A stretch of DNA of 64,000 nucleotides from Botryllus schlosseri (GCA_051294905.1 CM119371.1:1304001-1368000), one strand, 5' to 3'. Shown: positions 39,924 through 53,987, numbered from the stretch's first letter. Made by a program: numbers and translations. The notes: generated from the sequence alone by a model not told the origin.

Positions 39924-42900
39924 GAGACGGACTTTCAACATTCCCGTGGCCGCTCACTGGCCACGGATTTTTTTGTGGCCGGCCACAAATATCCCGTGGC
40001 CGGCCATGAAAAGTGCTATTTCATGGCCGGCCACAGTGAATTTCATGGCCGGCCATGAAATTTCGCCGTGGCCGGCCACGAAATGTCCTTGGCCGGCCAC
40101 GAAATTTCCTTGGCCGGCCACGGAAAACTCGTTTTCGTGGCCGGCCATGAAATTGATTCATGGCCGAATTTTCATGGCCGGCTGTAATATACCAACTTAA
40201 TATTGAATATCAGTACTGTCCATGACCCAATCGTGGGTAAATGTGTGATCAATTATGTTCTAATATGGGCGTACAGTCAATAGAACTAGGTGTGAGAGAG
40301 AGTTTAACTCAGTTTATAAGCATTTTCACCCGAAATAACAGAAAAATAGCGATACAATGAAACGATAGGAAGAAGTCGAAACGATCTGGCATAGTCTCTA
40401 TAATATCAATAAAAAACACACAAAATGATGTAAAGATACATTAAAAGGGGATATACCCACTAAATGAAACAGGAAATAATGGTATAAAAAGCTAGAAGCA
40501 ATGAAGTAAAAACTGTACCAAAACTAGTAACTGATGGTGAGTGTTGATTTGGATGTTTTTTTTATATAGAAATAGACCCGAATATTCGGCTGACACTCGT
40601 CAGCAACTGTATAGAATTGGAAAGAACAATGTGCACCAAACATATGTCCGAAAATCTCTATCAGCTCCCCAAAAGCTGTGAAATTCACATGTCATTCTGT
40701 GGCCGGCCACAGAACAGCTCGGAGCTCACTGTGGCAGGTGCTTCCCCCGTTCTGATATTAATTTTATATGGTAAGATGTGCATTGTGCAGTTGAAAATTA
40801 TTGTATTGCTGGTTATATTTTGTAAATATGCATACCTGCGATTCATTTAATAAGAGGCTGATAATATCCTTCATTTTCAACCATGTTTATCGTTTATGAT
40901 AAGTCTGCGATGCGATGTTATAGGCTACATATATATTTTATCATGCAGTTTAAGGATGTGGGGGCAGTTTATAATCTTTCGTGAATTTCCCTGATTAATT
41001 TATGAATAATACAATACTGTACTGGAAATTTGTCTTAATTCAGTGCAGATTTGTTCGATTTACGCTCAAGTAGACTCGACTATACCTCCTCGAATGCATA
41101 TGTATGTTTCATCGAGATACTTGATCGGTCAATATTCGGTCATTTTACCTGTTTTTATCGTTCTCAGTACTGAATCCCGTAATCATAGTACCCAGGCGAA
41201 ACAATCAGGGAATCAAAGAACCACAAATGTGTGGAATATACTCTTTAAGTTCCAGAAAAGCTGTGAAATCCACATAACATTCTGTGGCCGGCCACAGAGC
41301 AGCTCGCTGTGGCCGGTACTTCCTCCGATCTGATATCTCTTTCCAACGGTATAGATAGGATATGAAGTTGCAGACAATCAATAGTTTGTTATCTTTCGTA
41401 TAGCTGAATAGCTGTGGATTGAATAATGCCAGGCTGATACAATCCTTCTTTTCTGTATCAGGTCTATGACAAGTCCGCGATATACGGTTATATAGATATT
41501 TGATTATCGTACCGCTATGCATACGACATTCGCTATCCTCAACATCAATGGAGCTTACACTCATTGCTGGACGATGTGAATTGTGTCGATAAATCTATGA
41601 ATATTTACATGCTGTAGCAGCACTTAAACTTGACACACTACAGTTTTGCTGCACATGGGAAAAAAGGAACGATGTAGTATAACCTACCGGTCTATTGGTA
41701 AAATGTGGGGCTTTTGTTTCTAGAAATTCGATTTTGATCACGTTTCCCATCCCATATAATTTGTATGTATATATATATCCATCTAGGTGCCGTTCTTCCG
41801 GGTTGAAACAAATTATGTACTAATGAAATGGATGTCGCAGTCACTATCGATGCTGTGTATTGTATGCCAGAGGATAGGCTACTTGATTACTTTGGTGCAA
41901 GGATCGGTTTGTATCGCATGTCGTTGTTAGATCAAGCTGCTAACCGGTGTGGTGGGCATAAGGACGTAAATGCGTCTACTATATAATCAAATTACTGTTA
42001 TAATAATAGATGACTCCAGATAATTTGCGTCATTTAATGCAGCACCATCGATGGATGAGAAATACCTATGCCGAGCTTGCGTATTGACCAATACTCATGA
42101 TATATTTGTGGTTGATGATCGATTGGAACTTGTCTGTGTCAACAGTGAACATTGATTGGGGGAAACATTCCACATCTTAATGCAGTGCAAATACTTATCG
42201 CCGCGTAAAGTGCATCTGATATCTCGTGCCCCTGGATGTTTACTGTGAAAATCATGTAGGCCTATTGGACACATTGCATTTAACTACTTGTATATAGGCT
42301 AAATGTAATTTATAATCATATCATAATCATATATTCAATGGCTTTCGATTTTGTGAAATTGGCAACGGAATAAACGAACTTTTTGAAGCAAAATATGACG
42401 GTTTCTTTATGTAGAAAAGGAAGGAGAGGCAGGGAGTCAGATTATCTACGTTTGCATCACTAATGGGCTTGGGCGATGGGGATGCGAAGAAACTTCAAGG
42501 CTATCGAGTCTGCACCACAGTTTTTCCGCTCCACGCAATCCCAGTGCGTTGAGTGCCTGCTGGTGTGGAAGCCGTGGAGAACAGTTTTAATGTAAAGTGG
42601 TTTATCTGACCGAGCAATAAGATGCACGCTCTAACATTACTCCATCAATTATCTATAGTCAATAATCTATATGATTCTGTGTTAGTTTACAGAGCACCGC
42701 CCCGCCAGAGTAATTTTTCAATAGTCGAGGAAATTAAATTATTTCTACAGCGAACACAGAAGGTAAACGCGTGTAAAACCGTGGTAATTTTGAACCCATC
42801 CCCGAACTACTCAATACAGTGGTAATGTAAGTACGTGCAATGTTAGTGGAAGTCGTCTACGAACCTATCCACCAGCAAGTTCGTAGTGCAAATGTAGAAG

Positions 42901-43143
42901 ATCTACTTGAGTGTAGTCAAATTGGATGCAAAGGAAGGATTTTGATACAGCTAGATGCGCCAAAATCACGAACTGGCCATGAACTCGTGGCCGGCCAGGA
43001 TGAATTCGTATGGCCGGCCATGAAATTCACTGTGGCCGGCCACGAGACAACGCTTTTTCATGGCCGGCCACGAGATATTCGTGGCCGGCCACAGAAAAAT
43101 CTGTGGCCAGTAAGTGGCCACGGGAAAGCTGAGACCCCTACTG
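39924..43143. mobile_element. Non-autonomous DNA element with ~200-bp inverted arms and asymmetric termini
   Basis: Exact TSD tcgttttg (39916-39923, 43144-43151); inverted TGGCCGGCCA-repeat arms; ends GAGACGGACT... and ...ACCCCTACTG; joined flanks match an uninterrupted paralogue at 36560-36665. Confidence 0.85.
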
Positions 43144-44726
43144 TCGTTTTGCGTGAATCGTGATACCGTCTTTGTGTTGTGTGATGTTCTTGCAGCCATT
43201 TCTAGCTCAGAGTCATCACTAAAGAGACTGCCGTAGGGGTGATAGGGGTTGAAAGCCTTCCCATTTTAACTAGAAACCCTTACTTCTAGAAGTGACGATT
43301 CTGTATCCAATATTTCCTATCTCGTTAGCGATTCAGTAATTTCTATTATCAGTGCTGCCAATTACCAACAATCGACAGTGCATAGCGGTATGTGATCTGG
43401 TTAGTTAGTTGCAGAGCTTTAATGGTCCTGGTTCCAGTTACGCATCTCAAACATCCAGCAGTTTGTAGGAGTCTGTTGGTATATATTATTTTAGGAAGTG
43501 GGTAGAGTTTTATCCTCATTGGCCGAATGATTATGATCAAGTGTTGTAAAGGAAAAATCATTCCATAAAATGAAACAGAAAACGAGAAAAGGTAATGTCA
43601 AAGTCACAAAATGTCTGCTTTGCTTGCAGTTTTACCTGTTTTCCAATGAAATTCGACTATGGGCCCCTTGATCGGTACGGAGATGCCAGGATTGTCATCA
43701 AAACTCTTCGAAGCTTTCAAAGCGTGCTCGTGCTTGGTGATGTTATCGAATGCGTATCAGAGCGGTCTTTCGACTCCATCTTTGTTGAAAGTCTTCTCGA
43801 GAATCCATGATAACTGCACCATGTCGATTTTTGAATTGGGACAGGAGAAGCTCCTGAAAACATAATGGAATCACTTTATCGAAGTACTACTCAGAGTAAA
43901 CGAGTTAGTCACACAAAACGGTCAAAGACAAAATATAGAACAGCGCTTCTCTACCTTATCAGCTTGTGTAACGGTAAAATTTCCAAAAATCAAGGTCAAG
44001 ACAGAATGTAATGACGACAACAGCAGACAATTTGAAACCAAGAATCTTAACATTAATCAAATGAGAAATTTGCTACTGTCCGTTTGATATCACAGCTGTT
44101 ATATCAGGTCTCATTAAATACTCTGAGAGACGGGATAAAACCAACAACTCACTTTTGACCATTTGATGTATTTTGGAAGAAACGCGACCAAATGATTGCC
44201 AGATATATACTACTGTCATACATCGCTAATTTGGTATTTTGGAACGTTCTCAAATTTCGGAAAGTATTTATGACTCATGACTGGTCTTTAACGAGTTGTA
44301 GGCTACTTTCAAACATGGTACAGCACTGGAAGCATTGTTCGCTGAAGACTTTCAGGTTAGCATAAGGTGTCGCCAGGTTAGAAAAGGTTAAGAACCACTG
44401 CTCTTGTCATTTAGTATACTATCTTGATGAAAGCACTTCATAGAACACACATATTTCAGCAGAATAGTTGTATCAAGTGATAATCAGTTTAACGATGAAC
44501 TGGTGCCATAGCTATGAATGGATATTGTTAACATGACGGATCGAGTATTTTGAACCGATGCTACTAGTTCGAGGTTCTTATGCGAGGACAGTGGTTCTTG
44601 ACCTTTACTAACCCGGTGAACCGTTACATTAATCTGAAAGGATTTGGAGAACCCCATATTTTCGGCAAGTCACTAATAAGCTACCAGGTAACACATCTAA
44701 TACACTAGCATACTATATAATACTGG

Positions 44727-45236
44727 TTTAACGCTGAGCGAATGTTTGTAGTTGTATAATTGACTCCAAGATGTGTTATTGACTCCAAGAAGGTTGCGTT
44801 TTACAATTCGCTGCGTGTTTCTTCTTTCGTTCGACGAACCGGCGTAACCGCGCCGTACGGCTTTGTTGGCTGACGTACCACGAAGCCTGTCTATTGGACA
44901 CGTATTCGATGGATCACACTGACGAATATATTTGTTTCTGTCTCCACGACTTGTAACTTTATTGACTCACGTACGACAAAGTAACGGACTTCCGAATCCG
45001 CGAAATATCATGAATAGAATTTCTACGTGGTATTACATACGTATATATATATCATAGTCACGAGAGATTAAATGCACCAAATATCGTACGATTTCATATT
45101 TCGTTATCTACGTTCACACGACAAACTATACGACTCACAAAGGTATTATCAGGTTTCAGTTCAGGGAATTAAGTCAGTTCACAACACTCCCTATTGTTCA
45201 AATCTTAAAATGGCGTGAACAATATAGTTCGTTAAA
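44727..45236 (-). mobile_element. Solo LTR (family of 9517-10037)
   Basis: Exact 5-bp TSD actgg; TTTAACG...CGTTAAA 7-bp inverted termini; inverted homology to 9517-10037. Confidence 0.88.
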
Positions 45237-48200
45237 ACTGGTTCACTGAATCAACTTTGCATTACCATCACTGTTGAAGGAAAAAAACATATAACATGAT
45301 GATCACACAACATATATTACAGTAAATGATTGAGAGTTTTGCTGTATGAGTCTGGTTCAGAATGACTTGGACAACTAAATAATTCTGGTTGTTTGATTTC
45401 AGTAATTATAGGAAAATGTCGGTAATATAATTCTAACATAATTATTGAAATTTGTCTTCGCTCTAATTCTAATCCGATTTCTTAATTCTAATGTATTTTC
45501 TGGTTCATCCAGAATTGCTACAGGAGAACTGTACCGTGCAAAACGAGTCGAGCATAGTGTGCAGACATTTGTCAGCGTCATGCTGATGAGAATAAGGTCT
45601 GAGATGATATGAACTGGACTTGATTCCGTGTCCAAGTTTTTGCAAATTGAATAATTCTAATTACAATCTAATTTGGTAAAATTGTGTAACTATGTAACGT
45701 GAAGTCTGGTCTAATTTGAAAAAAAAGGTCCAGTTATAATTCGAATCCTGGTCTAATTTGGAGAAGAAGAAAAAAATGTGCAGCTGCAACTCTAATTCTA
45801 ATCTAATTTGGAAAACCTGAAAATCATGTAGTTGTCCAAGTCTGGCTCATAAAACCCCTGGGGTAATCGTATGAGCCCCGGTTAGTGGGCACCGGTCCAA
45901 GGTAAAATACAAAGCATGCTAACAGTTGTAATTATGACACACCTTCAACTTTTTACCGTTCACACTTCTAGGAAGATTGTCAAAATAAAGTCAAGTTGCT
46001 GAGAGACATTAGGATTTTTTCTGTTTGGTCTGTTTGGCATTCTTGATCTTTTCACGTTTCTTCCATTATATTGCGTTGAGACCTTCCGCGGCTCGCTTTC
46101 CTACACAAAAAACCACAGCCAGTCAGTTTAGTCAGCATTGCAATTTAGTTTTGCAAGTTTTTATCGGATGTGGCTACTTTCGAAGTAGATTCTCGATCAG
46201 AGCAAAATGATTCACACAATACACAGGAAGAATCTTGGAAACCGTTTTCAACTACAACAACACAGGGGACTGTAACTCAGTAAAATAAGTGTTGTAACTA
46301 TCTCAAAACTACTCTGTAGTTTTCAAAATCAAAATGCAATAGTAAGTACCGTTATTTGGTCGTGAAGTAGAAATGGAAGTAGTCATAACATAACCAATTT
46401 AATTAGTTACCCGTATACTAAGCAAAACATACTAAAAAGTTTTAGGAATCAAAATGGAGTCAAATGCCATCCAAGCGGAAGCAGTAATCTTCACAGCAAA
46501 CAAAAACTTCATGTTGAGTGAAAATGAGCTTTCAAAGTTGGTATATAATAGTTGCAAAAATTAGGTTAAATAGTTGAGAATCACTGGGTGATATGAACTC
46601 AAACGCTCGGATACTATGATGATAAATTATGATAAAAATGTACGAGAATGGGTCTTTGACATAAATGTGTTACATGATACCATGCCATAGACTGCAGGTC
46701 TGTCAGATATAATACAATTTCATACATCGATACGCTATTGCAGTGCTTTTCAACCTTTTTGAACACCATCAGCACTTTTTCTGCAAGATAAATTTTAGTG
46801 CCACAAACCAATCGAAAATTGTTATACAAAAAGAAAATGTAGATACTTAAGAAGATTCTGTTTTAATGTGCAAGAAGTAGGCGACTGCTTAAGGCTATTA
46901 AATGTCTCATTGAAAAGACCACTCTATTCCGTAGTTTTGATTTCAATCATAGTGCACTAAACCCTTTTCGGCGAAATAAGTGTTCAGTTTTGTACAAGAA
47001 CTTCTAGTGCTTGGATATCCAGGTGTTTATAAGAACCATCCCGCACTCCTATCCAGAATACAACGTCTTTTCCTTGTGCAAAAAAAGAAGGTTTCCAACA
47101 AAGGTCTCACAACCGCCAGTTCGTCGAATGGCTGCAAAACCCGCATGTCTGTTTCAATGCTTCCCTCATATGACTCGGAAAGTAAGCTCCAAAACTAACA
47201 TGAAGAATAAGCACATATGAGCTGGATACCTTGTGATACGCTGATAAACAGTGGCCTTGGATGTATAAAAACAATCTGCAAGAAAGTCCACAAATTTTAC
47301 CTGCATATTAACAGGCCACTTAGGTGGCGTGGAGACTCAAAATTATACCATTTGCTACCCATACTTTGAGGAGCCGTGACGGGGACAGAATTTGCTTTAC
47401 AGAAACTTGCAAGTGTGAGTCTGTGATGATGGTATGGATTACTATTTTCGTGCCTCGTGCTAATCGAACCATTTTTACGAAAATACGATGATTTTCCAGA
47501 TAAATAAAGCAGACAGTCATTTTTAGGTCATTAATCCCGCGTGTCGCAAGCTCAAACTCAGCTGATGTACTGTAGCCTATACATGCCACTACACCCGGTT
47601 TTGTACCAGACTTTTTGGTAGGTAATAAATACAGCGCACAAACAGTAATTCACTACGGCTGGCGTCAGACAAAGTTATTGTAAAAGATACGAATAGGTCA
47701 AACACGTTTTTGCATTTACGTTTCAACGACCAAGGTTATGGAGCCACTGCACTCGAATTTCCTATCAGGTTTATTTGTATTATTCCACGCCAGAACAAGT
47801 ACAAGACAATTATTCACTATTTTCATCCGCATTCATCTGCACCACGTCTCTCATCCGCACTGCAAATTTATCCATCCTCACAAATGCGTACCATCCCACA
47901 GGTTGAAAGGCACTGCGCTAGTTCATTTAATGGAGAACATCAAACTTTCGAATCGATTTATAAATTCGTAATGTATTTATCTGCGTCTTGTCATGACAGA
48001 GTTCGTGCCCTACTTTGGTCTTGGCATACATCACAATTCACAATATTGTAATTGCTGGACCAAACTTTTTAAAAGTAACCTACCTTTCAACTACTTGAAG
48101 AATATTTATATGTGATTGTGTAACCGAAGAAGACTTGTAAACCAAATTCGTTACATATTGACTCTACCTTTTGGAGAGATTTGTGAGTATAATAGAGCCT

Positions 48201-48796
48201 GGAGTCTAACCCACACCAAAGTTGTTGCCTTTTGAAAAGAAATACAAGAATCAGAATCAAGTTGGTGCTTTTAAATAGAGCCACATACAACGAGTGTGAT
48301 ATCAAAAAGGCACTTGCAACCGTCTAATTAAAATGAGCCTCTGATATTTGCTTTCAAGTTGCACACTTGCCTCGAATACGTTTTAGGTTAATTTTGATTT
48401 TTGATGACTGGTCTAGAGTAGGGCAGCACCACAATACTGACAAGCTTGTGTTGGATATTGGCCCTCATGTACCAGGTCGAACGAGACATTACCTGCCGCC
48501 ATACGAATTCCTCTTGTTCTAATTTTCATGATTTCGGTTATTCTGTTGACTGGGAATCCTTTTCATATCAGTACTGCTCACTGCTTGATACGCTTGAATC
48601 TCTTTCCCGTTCAGGATCTTGTCTGAAACGGCAGCCATAGATTTATTTACAGACAGACTTGTACAAACTACCAATCTAGTTAGTTGGTGATCAACTAACT
48701 ACCGATTATTCAGTTAGGTTCTAGTTGCGGATTTTGAAAAGCGAGTAGTTCTATTTCTAGCTTATGTTGTGGATTTCATAAGGTTAGTAGTGATAG

Positions 48797-49307
48797 CAGG
48801 GTTCTAATGACTCGACTCGAGTCACGATTTCTGGTGAACCGACTGGAATCGAGTATTTTCTACAAATCCATAAAATGACTCAAATCGACTCGAGTTATAC
48901 TCAACTTGTACCTGACTCAACCTGTACCTGAGTCATTATACATGACTCGAACCAAGTCATGTGACTCGAGACTACGACGGCCAAGACATACATTTCATTG
49001 TAACTTTAAAAAATAGTTACGTAATCATATTATTGGTATTTCGGCTATCAGTCCTGATACTTGTAAAATACGGTCAGGAACTGTGAGAATTGAGGGAAAT
49101 TACGATATTATGAATGCGGGCAATTCTATATCACTAGAGCACAGTTGAAAAAGTGGGTTGAGTTGGATTGAGATCAAAACTTAACAGTGACATGGACTCG
49201 CACCTGATTCGATGTTGTATTGAAAATGACTCGACTTGACTCGAGTCAAAACTATAAAAGTGAAATTGACTTGTGACTCGGATTCTTGTGACTTGGACAC
49301 AACCCTG
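48797..49307. mobile_element. hAT-type GACTCGAGTC MITE
   Basis: cagggtt...aaccctg; TSD agtgatag/agttctag (6/8); homologous to 28257-28834. Confidence 0.82.
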
Positions 49308-52300
49308 AGTTCTAGTTGCACAATTAGAAAATAAACAACTAGAAAACACGCGTCTTCTTATGAAGTAAATCATGATACCTGTGTTCTGTCGTGATAGGTT
49401 CTTGCGGTCATCACTACTGACACGGGCATAGCCAGGGTTTGAGGGTCGAAACCCCTGCCCTTTGACGCTCGAAACCAGTTCCTAATAAAATGCAGTTTCT
49501 ATCTCATTTGCAATGCAAAGTTTGTATTATAATCAGAGTTAGATGTGTTTTATTTAGATAGTATGGGATTTCCAAATGCCGTTAGGTCTGCATGTACTTG
49601 TAGTTGCGAGTTTTGCAATAGTCGCAATAGTGAATTAAAACTAAACACAGACACATCTACTTACATTTTCGTCTTAATTCAGCACGCCGACACAGTTTGT
49701 CGCTTCTTCCCAGGTCTTGAATTGGACGAGAGCACATCTCTTGGTCATTTTTCTCTGATTCAACTCCCGAAATAACCGTCTCTTGTCGATTCGGTCCATA
49801 TTTCGCAAAATTCGCGATCTTTTGGGGTATTTTAAACTAAAAAGAAAGACAAATTGTCAAAAAGGTGGAATTTTGGGCGAAGGGAGAACAGTTCTTGAAA
49901 AAGGAGGACAAATCCTCCTAAATGTGGACGTATAGTCAGAAGTTAATGCTTTCTACTTGAGAAGCCTTGCTGACTACTTTGACCACCTCTGCATACCGTC
50001 CACTTTTCCAGTTGTTGTGACGTCAGGGTCAAAATCTCAGTGCGTCACACATATATTCCTCACCATGTTAGTTATGAAAGCAGGCAACAATCTACACCAC
50101 CCAAGAAACGCGGACTGCAGATTTGTACGAACTACCAATCTGGTTAGTTGACCGTGAAGTGAACCAACTACTGGCTTTTTTGAGTAGTTCTAGTTGTAGC
50201 TGCAAGTTTTGTAAACTGAGCAGTCCTAGTTATAGTTTCAAGTTTTGAATATCCAGTGGTTTGTACATGTCTGGCGGACTACTGACTAGCAATACAATGA
50301 GACACGTTACAAAATAAGCTCTACCTTGGCATAGAAAATCCGACAAAGCCTGGGCCAAACCGTCTTCCAAAACATCGAGACAGATTTTGAGCAAATACAG
50401 TCCGTACTTTGTGACCATCGTGAGACGTCTTGGAAGCGTATTGCTTCTTGGACTCGACAACTGAAAGCAAGCAAGCACGAAAACCAAGCACACATAGCAT
50501 GCGCTTGAAATTGCGTTTACTGATCTCTCATGGGTGTATCTATTTAGCCAATGTCGCCAAGTCCACTACTTCTGTAGCAATAATGCCGGCAACTATACCG
50601 ACGTAAGAGACACGGCGCAAATTTTCGTTTGTATGTTCATATTATGTTGTATTGCACAAAATCAGGGCAATTTCATTATACCTGTAAGAATTGGTAAAGC
50701 GATAAATATAGAGAGCAGACAACCAGATGGAGATAGAAGCCGTCATTTATGTAAATCGAGTAAAATAATGTAACAGTTCCTGGTGGAGTCGAGACAGTTG
50801 CTGTCATTGATGCTACACCAGTAGGATAATAAAATATTTCCTGGCGGAGTCGAGATTGTTATCAAAATGTATGCTTCTCAAGTATAGTTGACGACTTTGA
50901 CTACATATCTACGCTCGCCTCTTAACGGGTCTCCAAATATACACTGTCACTTTTAAAGTAGATTTTGTGGTATCGGGTACGGGGGACTGTAAGACTAACA
51001 CCATGATCACAAAGTACAAACAACTGGAAATAACATCACTAAGCACCTGGAACGGAGGAAATAGATATTTGAAGACGTTTTACATTTTAACACGTGGATG
51101 TATCAGTTTTGCAGAACCGGACTATGATTTGGTCGGGGAATTATTTTGACTAAGCTCAAATGGCATGCGACATGTGACATGCGACTCACTTTTGACTAGA
51201 TTGGAAAGCAGGACTTGTACTTGAACTAGATTATAAATTTATGACATCAATTCTACTTTAATAGCAACTCTAACTACTTCGCGCACCCATGCCAGAGTAG
51301 CAAGCAGATGGATTTCACATGATATTCTGTCTAAAGCCAGGTGTGATTCCCTTCATGTGGGGTTGGATGCGGAGCGAAGCGTTTTCGTTGGGGACAGCGT
51401 CGTATTGAGGTTGACATCTTCGTAGACACTCGATTCAGGAATCGGTTGCCCGGATTTTGTCAATGTCTTTTCCTTTTCGACGCAATCTCGATTATTAACA
51501 AATACTAGAAAATTTTCAGCTTTCCCAAATTAGATAAACTGACACCTACAGTGTTTTTCCGAATTATATTACAACTAGAATGACAGTACACTGGTTTTTC
51601 AGATTAGATTAGAATTAGAATAAGAATCGTTGAATTCGCAAAAACTTGTAAACTGATTTAAATTACGGATTAGAAAAAAGTACAACAACAAAAGTAAGTT
51701 CATTTTCGTAAGCACTAAAATAGCGAATTTCTGTACAGCAAGCACGGCTCGTCTCTCACTGTACAGTTCTCCTATAGCAGTGGTTTTCAACCTTGTTTTC
51801 GCGGACCCCTTTTGGACCGTCAGGGACCCCTCGGATCCCGTATAGTTTTCGATAAAATTTAGTTTTAAAAAAATAGGCCTAGAAACTGTGTTATATCTGT
51901 ATTCATGAGCATGAATATTAGTAGTGAAAAGAACGAGTATATCATGGCTGTTACTGGTAGTGACGAGAACACACAAATATTACGATTTGAAAACATTAAT
52001 TTGTCAAATAATGTAATTCACAATTTACTCACTTTGAACCTCATCAGCATGTCTGTCGGAGATTGATGTTTGTAAGGCTCCGACTGATCGGTTGAGATTG
52101 TCATGCGAATCTTTTGCGCAAGGAATTCTGATCCACCGTAGGAACAGCCTTTCAATGAGATGTTATGTGTGAATGATCTTGTGATTGCAATCCAGTGTAA
52201 TAAAATCAGAAGTGGTTACATAAAGTAGAATCAGTAAACCTATATATCTATATATAGCACAGCAGCCTCCTATAATGATCTATTTCTTATAGTTTACAGG

Positions 52301-53147
52301 CGGAAATGGTCAAATTGTCCTCGAAGTTACTCAGGTAGAAGTAACGTTATACATTTCTACTCGAGTACAATTAGAAGTTGCGATTTACAAGTAAGTTGAA
52401 GGTAAAAGCTAGGCTTGCCTAGAAAACTAGAATTAGAAAAGTATAAATGCAAGTGGTCCAAAATCATAACCACTCGAGAAATTAGTGTAGTATGCAAAAC
52501 CTATTTTGGATTTGAGTACTATGAAAAATTAAAATAGCTTGATACTGATCACCAATGCTAGCAGAGGGCCAGATTCAGTTTTCTAGTTTATTTCAAGTCC
52601 AATCATAGCAATGGTTGTAGTTGTCTGTGCTTGAAGCGAGATGCAATATATTATGAATATCGACTGCTACATCGACATGATCAGCGAAGGTGGGAGTCAT
52701 CAGTTTGATCGGCAGATGATGAAATTTCCGATAACGGTCAGGCTCTAGTTCAGTGATTCTCAACCGAGCGTCCGCGACAGCTACAAATTCACAGAAATGG
52801 TTCATGGTTCAAATTTCACTGGCTACACTGTCCAGCCCTAATGGATATAGATGCATACATTGGTCGATACTATTCAGGTCAAATAATGTCATAGCTCCAG
52901 TTAGAGTCGAGATAATACTGCCTAGTAGAGTTGATGTAGCAAAATTGATGCTACTCAAGTATAGTTGCGAAATTGTCAATCGGTGGCATTGTCGACATTG
53001 ACTACATAGCTACACCGGCATTTTAACGTACACTGTCACTTCAAAACTAGATTTTGTTGTATCGAGAGAGATACCTGAATATGTACTTGTACAGTTTGTA
53101 AATACAAGTGTCATAGATGTGAATAGCTCTTGTAAATGTGTTATGAG

Positions 53148-53987
53148 TAGGGCGGTTTTTTTTACATAAAAAAAAGAAAATTTTGACCTAAAAAATCAAA
53201 CTTTTGACTTTTTTTGACCTAAAAAAACTGAATTTTGACCAAATTTTGACCTAACGTATGCAAATTAGGTGTTTTCCCAAATAATGTCAAAATTGTACCA
53301 GTTATCTACATTTCAGGTTGTAACTGGCTGTCCCAACAAAGTAGTTTGGCCTGAAAAAACGTTTTTCGCATAGAAACAGGCAACTTTGTACATATAAAAA
53401 ACAATATTTTAACGAAATCTGTCCCTATGAAGAATTCCAGTGGTTGCAATACGTATTATGGTGGAAATAATTTTAAAAAAATGAAGTACAACGAGAGATA
53501 CTTTCCTATATTCTTGGGTAAAAAGTGCATGTTCTTACTTGCCAAGGACGTTCAACAGCAGAAGTTGTTGGCTGACAACACTCAAGTTGTGCATACGCTA
53601 CTGGTGACACAATATGTTGCTTCATTCTGACAATGCTGTCTATTACAATTTTTCATCATGCGCTTCTCAATATAAGAATGATGCCCCAGGTAGGATATTG
53701 CGGTACGATGACCATGATACCATGTCCACCTATTTGTTTTATTTGACCGCTGATCATTCAGTATGAGCAGACAATTAGCCGTTTACAACAGTAGGCCTAT
53801 AAAGTAGGCTACAAGCTGTAAAATATCAAATGATACGTTCACCGACAGCGCAAAATCTACGATATAAACGAAATAAAGACGTCAAAAAAATTTTGACTTT
53901 ATGAACAATTTTGACAAATTTTGACCTAACGCTACAATTTTGACAAAATTGTGACAAATTTTGACATGTCAAAAAAAAAACGCCTTA
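53148..53987. mobile_element. hAT-type MITE with TTTTGAC arrays
   Basis: tagggcgg...cgcctta; exact TSD gttatgag; inverted relative at ~58151-58810 and partial copy at 36716-36921. Confidence 0.88.

Larger units (their letters stand above)
34800..50460 (-). pseudogene. RBM28: RBM28 (Nop4) unprocessed partial pseudogene, copy A
   Basis: Colinear exons, mostly AG/GT-bounded: 50325-50460 (RTVFAQNLS), ~49677-49746 (KRCALVQFKTWEEATNC), 48473-48622 (ILNGKEIQAYQAV...KRNSYGGR*CLVRP), 45943-46100 (GKRAAEGLNA...NLPRSVNGKKLK), 43636-43853 (ELLLSQF...YAF..TKHEHALKA...NP...PIVEF), ~34800-35305 (EVLEFK...LFGDLVAKY). These match remembered RBM28 RRM3/RRM4/C-terminal motifs; multiple stops and frameshifts. 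Confidence 0.88.

Noticed and set aside
39889..40200. Repetitive WPAT/MAGH protein ORFs (also 42840-43199, 2508-2960, 16540-17141)
   Set aside because: Translations of stop-poor subterminal or tandem DNA repeats.
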